This document shows, piece after piece, positions 29,138-38,549 of a DNA stretch of 64,000 nt; within the stretch, counting starts at the first letter, position 1; each line of letters begins with the position of its first letter. Below the pieces are notes generated by a model that saw only the letters and a list, made by a program, of their open reading frames with translations, ran no database searches and had not been told where the DNA came from. The stretch spans positions 32,001 to 96,000 of the forward strand of contig JBLWVX010000006.1 in assembly GCA_048268245.1 (NCBI GenBank), in the 5' to 3' direction. The DNA comes from Arcobacteraceae bacterium (GTDB taxonomy: Bacteria; Campylobacterota; Campylobacteria; Campylobacterales; Arcobacteraceae). A program made the position numbers and the translations under genes.

Positions 29138-30232
29138 ATGAACTATTTAGAAGATCTTAAAAAAATAGTAAAAATCAATTCATATACTGCAAATAAAGAT
29201 GGTGTAGATGAAGTTGGCTTACAAATGACACAATGGCTTGAAAATATAGGCTACTCTACAACTAAATATAAAAGAGAACTTATTGGAGATCATCTTTTAT
29301 TTAAATCAAACAAAAAAAATGGAAAGAAAATATTATTATTAGGTCATAATGATACTGTGTTTCCAAAAAATTATTTTGAAGATTATACAGAAGATGAAAA
29401 ATGGATTTATGGTCCTGGTGTTTGCGATATGAAGGGTGGAAATATTGTAGCACTAGAAGCTCTTAGAAATCTTTATAAAAAATATGGTCAAATTAATAAT
29501 ATTGATTTTTTACTAGTAAGTGATGAAGAAACTGGAAGTGATGATTCTAAAGATGTTACTTCTAGTTTAGCAAAAAATTATGATTATTGTTTTGTTTTTG
29601 AAGCTGCAGGTAAAAATTTAGAAGTAGTAACTTCACGAAAAGGTGTTGGAAGATATATTGTTAAAATAGAAGGAAAAGCAGCTCATGCAGGTACTTCTTA
29701 TGAAAAAGGAATAAATGCAAACCTTGAAGGAGCAATTAAACTACAAAAATATAGTCAATTACTTGATTTAGATAAAGGTACTATTGTAAATGTAGGAAAA
29801 TGTGAAGGTGGAATAGGAATAAATACAGTATCTCCTTTTTTTGAAATGATGTTTGAATTTAGATTTGATAAAAAAAGTGAAAAACAAAGAGTAATGAGTT
29901 GTGTTGAGGAAATATCTAATACTAGTTTTGTTGAAGGTTCAATTTGTCATCTTGATGGAATAATTCAAAGAGATGTTATGGAAGAGAATCAAAAACAATT
30001 AGAGTATCTTAATTTTTTAGAAAAACTTACAAATCAAAAAATTCCTAAAGAACACAGAGGTGGAGTTAGTGATGCTAATATTGTTTCAAATTGTGGAACA
30101 ATTACTATTGATGGTTTCGGTCCTTATGGTGATGGGGATCACACTTTAAAAGAAAGAGCACTTAAGAGTTCTTTTGAACAACGAATACAAATGATGACAA
30201 AAATTTTAGATTATTATCAAAATAGCAATTAA
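29138..30232 (+). CDS. M20 metallopeptidase, carboxypeptidase G2-like
   Basis: GHNDT, GVCDMKGG, DEE, FE, AHAG, GGVSDAN and GDHT motifs; no signal peptide. Confidence 0.9.
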   Translation: MNYLEDLKKIVKINSYTANKDGVDEVGLQMTQWLENIGYSTTKYKRELIGDHLLFKSNKKNGKKILLLGHNDTVFPKNYFEDYTEDEKWIYGPGVCDMKGGNIVALEALRNLYKKYGQINNIDFLLVSDEETGSDDSKDVTSSLAKNYDYCFVFEAAGKNLEVVTSRKGVGRYIVKIEGKAAHAGTSYEKGINANLEGAIKLQKYSQLLDLDKGTIVNVGKCEGGIGINTVSPFFEMMFEFRFDKKSEKQRVMSCVEEISNTSFVEGSICHLDGIIQRDVMEENQKQLEYLNFLEKLTNQKIPKEHRGGVSDANIVSNCGTITIDGFGPYGDGDHTLKERALKSSFEQRIQMMTKILDYYQNSN

Positions 30233-30254
30233 AATTATTTATAGAAGGGATAGT

Positions 30255-31157
30255 ATGGGCAATAGACAAATTGGTATGTGGTTATATCAAAATGGTGGTG
30301 GAGATAAAATCCAAGAAAAATTAATTAAACAATTAAAACAAAGAGATATTGATGTACTTGCTAATATAAATTTAAGAGATGCAATTGCAAAAAATGGGCA
30401 TATCTTATACAAGGATATTAAACTTGATAAATTAGATTTGTTCTTTTCTTATAATGCAGGAGAGCAAACACAATATCAAATGTATTTGTATAAAGCATTA
30501 AATCATGTAATACCAATGATTAATTCTTATGATGCTTTTGAATTAACAGAAGATAAATTTCAAACATCTTTTCTTTTAAGGCACAACAAAATACAAACAG
30601 CTGATTATAAACTTTGTCATAGGGATGATACTCATCATCTTCAAGAAATAATGGAAAAGTGGACTAAGATGGTTTATAAACCAACTGATGGTTGGGGTGG
30701 AGTTGGTCTTACAAAAATAGAGAACCAAGAGACATTAGATATGTTAATTCCTTTTTTAAATCAGATGGATTTGAGATATTTTTATGTAGAAAAATTTATA
30801 GACTATGATAATACTGATTACAGAATTGATATTGTTGATGGACAGTTTGTTGGTTGTTATGGAAGAAAAGCAAGAGAAGGAAGCTGGAAAACAAATGTTA
30901 CTAGTGGAGGAAGTGTTTTTCCTAGAGAGGTAAATGATGAGGTAATCAATTTGGCACTAAAAGCTGTTAAAGTTACAGGACTTGATATTGCAGGAGTTGA
31001 TATTATTTATGATAGAAAAAAAGAAGAGTATATAGTTTTAGAAGTAAATGGAATTCCTGCTTTTGCAACACCAGAACAAGAAAAACTTGGACTTGATTTT
31101 AACGATAAAAAAATAGAATTAATAGCAAATTTAATTGATAAAAAAACAAAAAAATAA
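30255..31157 (+). CDS. RimK-like ATP-grasp ligase
   Basis: EDKF, YKPTDGWGGVG, EKFI, DYR, WKTNVTSGG, GVD and LEVN motifs. Confidence 0.9.
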   Translation: MGNRQIGMWLYQNGGGDKIQEKLIKQLKQRDIDVLANINLRDAIAKNGHILYKDIKLDKLDLFFSYNAGEQTQYQMYLYKALNHVIPMINSYDAFELTEDKFQTSFLLRHNKIQTADYKLCHRDDTHHLQEIMEKWTKMVYKPTDGWGGVGLTKIENQETLDMLIPFLNQMDLRYFYVEKFIDYDNTDYRIDIVDGQFVGCYGRKAREGSWKTNVTSGGSVFPREVNDEVINLALKAVKVTGLDIAGVDIIYDRKKEEYIVLEVNGIPAFATPEQEKLGLDFNDKKIELIANLIDKKTKK

Positions 31158-31169
31158 GGGGAGAAAATA

Positions 31170-32672
31170 ATGGAAAAATTACCAAAGTTAGGATTTTTAT
31201 ATCTTGATTATGTTTTAAGATTCTTTGATCATTCAAATTTCAAAGGTTGGCCTGATAAAATAGAAGAAGTTGTTTATCATTGGAAAAATGATAAAGAAAG
31301 GTTTATAAAAGAGGTTAAAAGTAAAAAGATTGATATCTTAATTGGTAATATTCCAGCAACTGCTTATGATACATTTGTAGAAATATCTAAAGAGTTACCT
31401 CATGTTAGGTTTGTTCCTTCACTACAAACACAATTTTCAAATAAATCAAAAGAAAATGTAACTTTATTTTGTGAAAAAAACAATCTTAGTATCCCTAAAA
31501 CAAAGATTTTTTATGATAAGAAAAAAGGTTTTGAATATTTAAAAAACAAAGCCTCTTATCCTCAAATTATAAAAAGATCTTATGGACCATCTAATTATGG
31601 TGGATATTATGTACATAAAGCTGATAATTATAATGAAGCAAAGAAATTATTAGAAAATAAGAAATATAATCCTATTTATACACAAAATGCAATTGATTTA
31701 AAATATTCAGGGGATTTAAGAGTTATGTTAATTGGACATAAACCTATTTGTGCTTTCTGGAGATTTTCTGGTGATGGAGAGTGGATTACAAACACTTCGC
31801 AGGGTGGTACAATGTCATATGAAAATGTACCGATGAATGCTTTAGAGTTAGCAGTAGAAGCTAGTAAAGCTGCTAAAGCTGAGTATTGGGCTTGTGATAT
31901 TGCCATTTGTGCTAAAACTGATAAACCATATATTTTAGAGTGTGCGACTGCATTTGCAGCCTTTCCTTATATTAGAGATTGGATTGGGCAATATTTAATG
32001 TGGGATTTTTCAAATGGAAGATTTGGAATGCCTCATGTTCCTTTATATTCGTGGGAAGAATTAGGAAAAATTGATTCATCTTTACTTAGAACTATGAGAC
32101 ACATTGGGTTTAGTAAATATAAACCTTCTTGTGATGGTACATGGTATATAAATGATCCTAAAGATAAATTTGATATGTCTTTAACAGAAAAATCAATTGA
32201 TTCAGATTTCCCTGCTTCAGTTAATCCTAAAGATTTACCAATTAAAAAAGAGTTAAATAAGCAAGCTTTAAAAGATGAGTTTGTTTTAGAAAGAATAAAT
32301 TTCAATTGTGCTTCTCTAACTGATATTATGACTCTTCATGGTATGGAAGAGGAGTTAGCATTAGAAATACAAGAATATTTAAAAGATAACATTGTGACAG
32401 ATGCAAGTGATTTATTAGAACTTGAATCAATAGACGAACAACTTTTAAAAACTTGGGATGAAAATCTTGATGATATGAGAATTGATATAAATACTGCAAA
32501 TGAAGAAACTCTTAAGAAAATTAAAGGAATTGGATCTAAATTAGCAAAAGTTATATTAGATTTTAGAAATACTTTTAATGATTTTAGTTCAATTGATGAG
32601 TTAAAACAAATTGATGGTATAGGAAAAAATAAATTAACTCAATTAAAGTCTAGATTAAAAATAGGAGAATAA
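31170..32672 (+). CDS. Divergent RimK-like ATP-grasp ligase fused to tandem ComEA-type HhH domains
   Basis: IIKRSYGPSNYGG, DLRV, WITNTSQGG, ACD, LEC; C-terminal IDINTA...IKGIG...IDGIG. Confidence 0.85.
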   Translation: MEKLPKLGFLYLDYVLRFFDHSNFKGWPDKIEEVVYHWKNDKERFIKEVKSKKIDILIGNIPATAYDTFVEISKELPHVRFVPSLQTQFSNKSKENVTLFCEKNNLSIPKTKIFYDKKKGFEYLKNKASYPQIIKRSYGPSNYGGYYVHKADNYNEAKKLLENKKYNPIYTQNAIDLKYSGDLRVMLIGHKPICAFWRFSGDGEWITNTSQGGTMSYENVPMNALELAVEASKAAKAEYWACDIAICAKTDKPYILECATAFAAFPYIRDWIGQYLMWDFSNGRFGMPHVPLYSWEELGKIDSSLLRTMRHIGFSKYKPSCDGTWYINDPKDKFDMSLTEKSIDSDFPASVNPKDLPIKKELNKQALKDEFVLERINFNCASLTDIMTLHGMEEELALEIQEYLKDNIVTDASDLLELESIDEQLLKTWDENLDDMRIDINTANEETLKKIKGIGSKLAKVILDFRNTFNDFSSIDELKQIDGIGKNKLTQLKSRLKIGE

Positions 32673-32673
32673 G

Positions 32674-35259
32674 TTGAAACAACTTTATAGATCATACGCC
32701 CAGTCAACAGAAATTTTTAAAGATTTAGAAAAGAAGTATCCAAAGTACATCAAGCTTGAATCAATTGGACAAACTTGGGAAAAAAGAGATATAAATTTAA
32801 TTACAATATCAAAAGATATAGAAACAGCTTCAACTAGACCTGCCTTATTTTATACAGGAACTATTCATGCTAGAGAATGGATTGGTCATGAATTAGCAAT
32901 TGAATTTGCAACTTATATTTTAGAAAATCATGATAATGACCCCATTCTTAAGTTCTATTTAGAACATGCAACAATTTATATGGTTCCTTGTGTTAATCCT
33001 GATGGTTATGAATATTCAAGAAATCATTTTTCTTTTTGGAGAAAAAACAGGCGTGTAAATGCTAATGGAACCTATGGAGTGGATTTAAATAGAAACTTTC
33101 CAATAGGTTTTGTAAAATCAACACTCACTACTTCAAATGTATATGGAGGTCCCGAGCCATTTAGTGAACCTGAAACTCAAGCTTTAAAAAAATTTGTTGA
33201 AAGTCATGAGAATATAACAATAGCCTTAGATTATCATTCTCAAGGAAATGTGTTTTTCCCTGCTCATGATTTTAGACATGAGGATACTTTTGATACAACA
33301 GATATGAATACTTTATGTGCAAATATGGCAGAAAAAATTAGAAAAATTTCAGGTCGAGAATATGGAATACATCAAGGGAAACCACCAGCTAAGCTTATTT
33401 CAGGAAGCGGTAGAGAATTTTATTATTCAAAAGGAATAATCTCTACTGTTGTTGAAGTTGGAACTAGAAATATAAGTGATTATTTAGATGATATGAGTGA
33501 ACATATTAGAGAACATATTCCTGCACTTTTAGCTGCTGTAGCAGAAGTACCAAACTATAGTGGAAACGGTCCTAAAAGAGTTAAATCTTTTGAAGTAATT
33601 GATATAGGTTCTTCCCATGTAGAACTAAAATGGAATTATGAAGATAAAGAAAATATATACTTCGAGATTTATAGAAGTTTAAAAAATAAGTCTTTTTGTA
33701 ATGATAGCAATTTAATAGTGAGAACCCAAAAATTAGAATTTAGTGATATTAATCTTTTTTCAAATAAAGATTATTATTATAATATTAGAGCTGTAAATAG
33801 TAAAACAGGTTTAAAATCACCTTTTTGCCCACAAATTAAAATTAGAACAAATCTTGAATATGATGAATTTAGTAGAACTTATTATGCTAGTAAAAATGAA
33901 ACAGGATATGTATCTGAAAATATTAATGATAATGCAAAACATTTTGGTGTTAACTCTTTGTTTGTTGGTGTTGATGAACATAAAGGTGTTTCTTATGCAG
34001 TTATCACTATTGATATAAAGTCTTTACCCTCAAATGCATTAATAAAACATGCAGAGTTTAATTTATATCCTATTAATAGAGTATCAACAACAATTGAAAA
34101 ATATGGTGAATGGAATGTTGCTATAGTTGATCAAACCCAAATGGGGGATATTACCGATTTTGATGATGTTGATAATATGAAAATTATTAAATATATTGGA
34201 AGACCAACTCAATCTCATCAATTAACACAAGGTATATGGAGAACTTGGGAATTCTCAGCTATGGAGTGTGAATTTCTAAAAAAGTATGTTCATAATAATA
34301 AAATAGTATTAAGAGTTGAAGGTCCAAAAGAACTTAGAATTGGAAGAACTAGACAAATGATGCAATGGGACATAGGTTATGGTAAATTTGGTTTTGGTCT
34401 TACGTATAGACCAAGCTTAGAATTAACATATACATTAAAACCTGAAATAACTGCTTTATACCCTACTTCTGTTAATACAATAAGTAAAAATGAGATAAAA
34501 GATGATGAGATAACAGCTGGTTTTGATGAAAATGGATTAAAAATTTATTCAACTTTTGAATTTAATTTATCATCATTACCACCTTATGATAAGAGCATGA
34601 TTACAAAAGCATATTTTGAGTTAAATTCAACAAAAATATATATTAAAGATGACATTAGATTTCATATTGAATTTGTCGATGATAATATTGAAAAAAATTA
34701 CGAAAGTATCACAAATAGAGAAGTTATACAAAATATTGGTTATGATGTTAGTGCAGCAGAGCTTAAGAATAATCAAACACAGTATTTCATGTTTGATACA
34801 TTTGCTGAAAAGACTTTAAATGAAAAGGTAAAAGATAAAGAAAGTATTTCTTTTGTCTTAAAACCTACTTCTTCAAAAAAATCAATCAAAAATAAAAAAG
34901 TATCTTGGGAAATTAAAAATATATCTTTATCACCAAAATTAATTATTGAACATATACCAAAAAGAAGAGATAGTTTAGCTCAAGTAAAAAATGCAAAGCT
35001 AATTGAAGAAAATGGAAAAGTGAAATTAACTTGGGAAAACCCTATTGATATTGATTTTGTAGGTGTAAAAGTTATAAAAAATCCATTTAGAGAGCCTTAT
35101 TCTTCTCAGGATGGTCAAAAGCTTTATGCAGGTAAAGATGATTATACTTATGATGATTTTGGAGCAATGGATATTGATAAGTATTATGCTATATTTACTT
35201 ATGATGATGTTCCAAATTATAGTAAGCCTATAATATTAAAATATAATGCAAATAAGTAA
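32674..35259 (+). CDS. M14 zinc carboxypeptidase with FN3-like and other beta-rich C-terminal domains
   Basis: HARE, NPDG, RKN, DLNRN, SEPE, DYHS and VE motifs; TTG start with GGAG RBS; no signal peptide. Confidence 0.9.
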   Translation: MKQLYRSYAQSTEIFKDLEKKYPKYIKLESIGQTWEKRDINLITISKDIETASTRPALFYTGTIHAREWIGHELAIEFATYILENHDNDPILKFYLEHATIYMVPCVNPDGYEYSRNHFSFWRKNRRVNANGTYGVDLNRNFPIGFVKSTLTTSNVYGGPEPFSEPETQALKKFVESHENITIALDYHSQGNVFFPAHDFRHEDTFDTTDMNTLCANMAEKIRKISGREYGIHQGKPPAKLISGSGREFYYSKGIISTVVEVGTRNISDYLDDMSEHIREHIPALLAAVAEVPNYSGNGPKRVKSFEVIDIGSSHVELKWNYEDKENIYFEIYRSLKNKSFCNDSNLIVRTQKLEFSDINLFSNKDYYYNIRAVNSKTGLKSPFCPQIKIRTNLEYDEFSRTYYASKNETGYVSENINDNAKHFGVNSLFVGVDEHKGVSYAVITIDIKSLPSNALIKHAEFNLYPINRVSTTIEKYGEWNVAIVDQTQMGDITDFDDVDNMKIIKYIGRPTQSHQLTQGIWRTWEFSAMECEFLKKYVHNNKIVLRVEGPKELRIGRTRQMMQWDIGYGKFGFGLTYRPSLELTYTLKPEITALYPTSVNTISKNEIKDDEITAGFDENGLKIYSTFEFNLSSLPPYDKSMITKAYFELNSTKIYIKDDIRFHIEFVDDNIEKNYESITNREVIQNIGYDVSAAELKNNQTQYFMFDTFAEKTLNEKVKDKESISFVLKPTSSKKSIKNKKVSWEIKNISLSPKLIIEHIPKRRDSLAQVKNAKLIEENGKVKLTWENPIDIDFVGVKVIKNPFREPYSSQDGQKLYAGKDDYTYDDFGAMDIDKYYAIFTYDDVPNYSKPIILKYNANK

Positions 35260-35276
35260 TACTTATTTGCATTTTT
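35245..35276 (+). terminator. Terminator of the ATP-grasp/peptidase operon
   Basis: AATGCAAATAAGT-AAT-ACTTATTTGCATT followed by T residues. Confidence 0.75.
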
Positions 35277-35319
35277 AAAAATCACAAGTTATAATAAACC
35301 TAAAAAATTAGGAAATAAT

Positions 35320-35820
35320 ATGATTTTGAAGTTTAAAGAATTTTATCCAAAAATAGATTCAACTGCTTGGGTAGCACCTAGTGCTGATATTATAGGTGAT
35401 GTTATTATCGGCGAAAACTCTTCTGTTTGGTTTCAATGTGTAATTAGATCAGATGTAAATAAAGTTAGGATTGGCAAAAATACTAATATTCAAGATTTAT
35501 CTATGATACATACAGATACTCACACATCAACTATAATTGGAGATAATGTAACAATAGGACATAAAGTTATGCTTCATGGTTGTAAAATTGAAAATAATTG
35601 TCTTATTGGAATGAGTGCTACTATTCTTGATGATGCAATAATTGGTGAAGGTTCTATTGTTGGAGCTAACTCTTTAGTGACATCAGGGAAAAAGTTTCCA
35701 CCTAAAAGTTTGATTATGGGAAGTCCGGCTAAAGTAGTAAAACAGCTAACTGACGAAGATGTAGAAGGCTTAATTAAACATGCAGGTCATTATGTAGATT
35801 ATAAAAATGATTATAGCTAA
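35320..35820 (+). CDS. Gamma carbonic anhydrase family (hexapeptide repeat) protein
   Basis: RSD, NIQD, IH, TIGH and LHGC motifs. Confidence 0.92.
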   Translation: MILKFKEFYPKIDSTAWVAPSADIIGDVIIGENSSVWFQCVIRSDVNKVRIGKNTNIQDLSMIHTDTHTSTIIGDNVTIGHKVMLHGCKIENNCLIGMSATILDDAIIGEGSIVGANSLVTSGKKFPPKSLIMGSPAKVVKQLTDEDVEGLIKHAGHYVDYKNDYS

Positions 35821-35842
35821 AAGAGTTTTCTTTTAGCTATAA
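35811..35842. terminator. Bidirectional terminator between the gamma-CA gene and dut
   Basis: TTATAGCTAAAAGA-GTTT-TCTTTTAGCTATAA. Confidence 0.7.
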
Positions 35843-35843
35843 A

Positions 35844-36767
35844 TTACTTACATTGTTTATAAGACTCTTCAAGTTTAGTGTATAAAATTTCAAAGCTTAC
35901 ATCTTCCATATTTTCAAGATGTGAAACCATAACTACATTATCTTCTTTTCCATTCCATTCTTTGATATATGTACCTTCTTTGTATCCATTGTCTTGTCTA
36001 AATTTATTTAAACAGTTTTTTCCAATATAAAGTTTTTGTAACCAAGTAAATGATAAACCTGATACCTTACAACATCTAAAAAACTGATCAATAAATCTTT
36101 CAACACCACTAAATGATGGCATATTATTAGTTTCAATTGCTAAAGCTATATAAGATAGTTTTTCTGCTTCTTTTACCATAAGTTTTACATCAACTTCTGA
36201 TACAGCTTCATATATACAATGTGTATTTACTAAAGATACAGCTTTTGGTACATTTGTTTCTTGTAATATATAAGACATTAAAAAGTGCCAAATATCAACT
36301 AATTCTACATGGATATTTTGCATATCTGGTTTTGCATTAATATTTTTCCAGTGTTTCCAAGGAGTAGAATCAATTAATTCAGCTACTTCCATATGGATAC
36401 ATCTAAGCCAGTTGATTTCTTTACCAAATTTGTTTCTTCCTAACTCCCAGTTTTTGCCATTTGTTGAATCATTTAGTTCTTTTTGTAATAAAAACATTTC
36501 TTCTAATTTGTGAGGAAATGAAGATGCTTCTTCTAACAATTCTGCTAAAGGTAAACACTCTTCTACTAAGTTATCTAATGTAGCATTATTTGGTAATTCT
36601 TTCTCACCTTTAAGTAAATGAATAATTAAAGAAATAGTATAAGGAACTTCATCTTTTTCTTCCCATTCTAAAACATCAGATGGTGTCACTCCAATGTATT
36701 GCACAAAATCTTCAATTGATAAAAATCCTAATGATTTTATGCTGTCTTTTAAGTCTTTGTATAACAA
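35844..36767 (-). CDS. dut: Dimeric all-alpha dUTPase with N-terminal HTH-like extension
   Basis: LQKELN, WKHWK, VELVDIWHFLMS, KNCLNKFRQDNGYKEGTY and EDN motifs of Campylobacter-type dUTPase. Confidence 0.9.
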   Translation of the reverse strand: MLYKDLKDSIKSLGFLSIEDFVQYIGVTPSDVLEWEEKDEVPYTISLIIHLLKGEKELPNNATLDNLVEECLPLAELLEEASSFPHKLEEMFLLQKELNDSTNGKNWELGRNKFGKEINWLRCIHMEVAELIDSTPWKHWKNINAKPDMQNIHVELVDIWHFLMSYILQETNVPKAVSLVNTHCIYEAVSEVDVKLMVKEAEKLSYIALAIETNNMPSFSGVERFIDQFFRCCKVSGLSFTWLQKLYIGKNCLNKFRQDNGYKEGTYIKEWNGKEDNVVMVSHLENMEDVSFEILYTKLEESYKQCK

Positions 36768-36884
36768 ACTTGTCTCCTAATAACATATAGTTGTATTTAT
36801 TTTCGTAATAGTATCTAAAATTCCATGAATAATAGATTTTATATAAAAAGTATAATGTAACGTTATTTATATGGTTATAAACAG

Positions 36885-37058
36885 TTACTTAAAGTTTTTT
36901 TGTTGATAAAAATTACATTCAAAACCACTTGAGTTCTTTACAACTCTGGAAGGTATAATTTTAGACTTAAAGCCATAAGCCTTACAACCATGGGGTCTGC
37001 CCTGCTCCCATGTAACAAAATAATTCACACACTTTTGACAAATAATTCTTTTTTCCAT
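36885..37058 (-). CDS. Small four-Cys protein (57 aa; not in ORF track)
   Basis: MEKRIICQKCVNYFVTWEQGRPHGCKAYGFKSKIIPSRVVKNSSGFECNFYQQKNFK. Confidence 0.8.
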   Translation of the reverse strand: MEKRIICQKCVNYFVTWEQGRPHGCKAYGFKSKIIPSRVVKNSSGFECNFYQQKNFK

Positions 37059-37141
37059 GTAAGTATTTTATCAAATGTTTACTATAATAAGATTAAAGTA
37101 AAAAATAACAAATTAATAAGTGAAAAAAAAGGCAAAAAATA

Positions 37142-38539
37142 ATGTTTACAAATATGAGCATCACTAAAAGACTTTGGGTTAATATGATTTTAACTCAAAT
37201 AGGATTTGCATTTATAAGTATAATGGCAATTTATATAGCATCCGATATTATAGCAATTATATCGATAAACATTGTTTTTGGGTTATTGATTTTTTATACA
37301 ACTACAGCAGCAAGAAATAGAATACTTGGTGGTATAAACAGATTTAAAAAGTATATGAATGAAATTGTAAGTTTTACTTTTATGAGATCAAATAGTGTTG
37401 AAAAAGCAAAATTTATCAAAAATGATGAAATTGGTCTTATTCTTCATGAAATGAATGACTACTATGACACTTTTGACAAGATGAGAAAAGAAGATATGAA
37501 AGTATTAGGAGAAATAATTTTAACTCTTAATAAAGTAGAACAAGGTATCTTTAAATGTAGAGTTAAGTCTGATTCTGAAAACTTTATGGTTAGTGCTTTA
37601 AGAAAATCTTTAAATCAAACACTTGATGTTTTAGAAAGAAATATGAATAATATTAAAGATACTACTACATCTTATGCAAATGATGACTTTACTAAAAAGA
37701 TTGATATACCATTTGACATTAGAGATAATATGCTTGAAGTAATGACTAGTATTAACGCTTTAGGTGATACCTTATCTGTACATGCTCAAACAAACCTAGA
37801 AAACGGACAAAGATTAGAGCAAAATGCATCAATCATGAGAAACTCTATGCATAACCTTTCAACAAAAGCAAATGAACAAGCAGCTTCTCTAGAACAAACT
37901 TCTGCTTCTTTAGAAGAAATCACTTCTATTACTAGAAATAATGCTGATAATGCTTCTAAAATGTCTAATTTAGGTAATACTGTTAGAAGTGCTGTTTCTA
38001 ATGGTAGAACATTAGCTTCTCAAACTGCTGAATCTATAGAGGAGATTAATACAAAAGTATCTTCTATTAATGAAGCTATTACTATTATTGACCAAATTGC
38101 ATTCCAAACAAATATCTTATCTTTAAATGCCGCGGTTGAAGCTGCTACTGCTGGTGAAGCTGGTAAAGGTTTTGCTGTTGTTGCTCAAGAAGTTAGAAAT
38201 CTAGCTTCAAGAAGTGCTGAAGCTGCTAAAGATATTAAAGATTTAGTTGAAGATGCAAATGAAAAAGCAAATGCAGGTAAAAAGATTTCAGATGAAATGA
38301 TTAATGGATATGAGACATTAAACAATCATATTAATGAGACTATTTCTATTATTGAAGATGTAAGTAACTCTTCAAAAGAACAAATGAGTGGAATTGAGCA
38401 GATTAATGATGCAGTAACAATGCTTGATAGAGTTACACAAGATAATGCGAATGAAGCGAATCATACAACAAGTATTTCAAATGAAGTATCACAAATGGCT
38501 AATTTATTAGTTGAAGATGCTAAGAGCAAAAAGTTTTAA
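37142..38539 (+). CDS. Methyl-accepting chemotaxis protein (CetA-like, TM hairpin with no periplasmic domain)
   Basis: [37 protein letters not shown]; two adjacent N-terminal TM helices. Confidence 0.93.
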   Translation: MFTNMSITKRLWVNMILTQIGFAFISIMAIYIASDIIAIISINIVFGLLIFYTTTAARNRILGGINRFKKYMNEIVSFTFMRSNSVEKAKFIKNDEIGLILHEMNDYYDTFDKMRKEDMKVLGEIILTLNKVEQGIFKCRVKSDSENFMVSALRKSLNQTLDVLERNMNNIKDTTTSYANDDFTKKIDIPFDIRDNMLEVMTSINALGDTLSVHAQTNLENGQRLEQNASIMRNSMHNLSTKANEQAASLEQTSASLEEITSITRNNADNASKMSNLGNTVRSAVSNGRTLASQTAESIEEINTKVSSINEAITIIDQIAFQTNILSLNAAVEAATAGEAGKGFAVVAQEVRNLASRSAEAAKDIKDLVEDANEKANAGKKISDEMINGYETLNNHINETISIIEDVSNSSKEQMSGIEQINDAVTMLDRVTQDNANEANHTTSISNEVSQMANLLVEDAKSKKF

Positions 38540-38549
38540 AGGATTAAAA

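Noticed and set aside
29138..35259. Graspetide (ATP-grasp RiPP) or cyanophycin cluster
   Set aside because: No precursor peptide or exporter nearby; no Mur-ligase domain or cyanophycinase-type serine peptidase
36780..36796. Possible NrdR box upstream of dut
   Set aside because: Does not fit the NrdR consensus spacing; kept only as an unnamed palindrome
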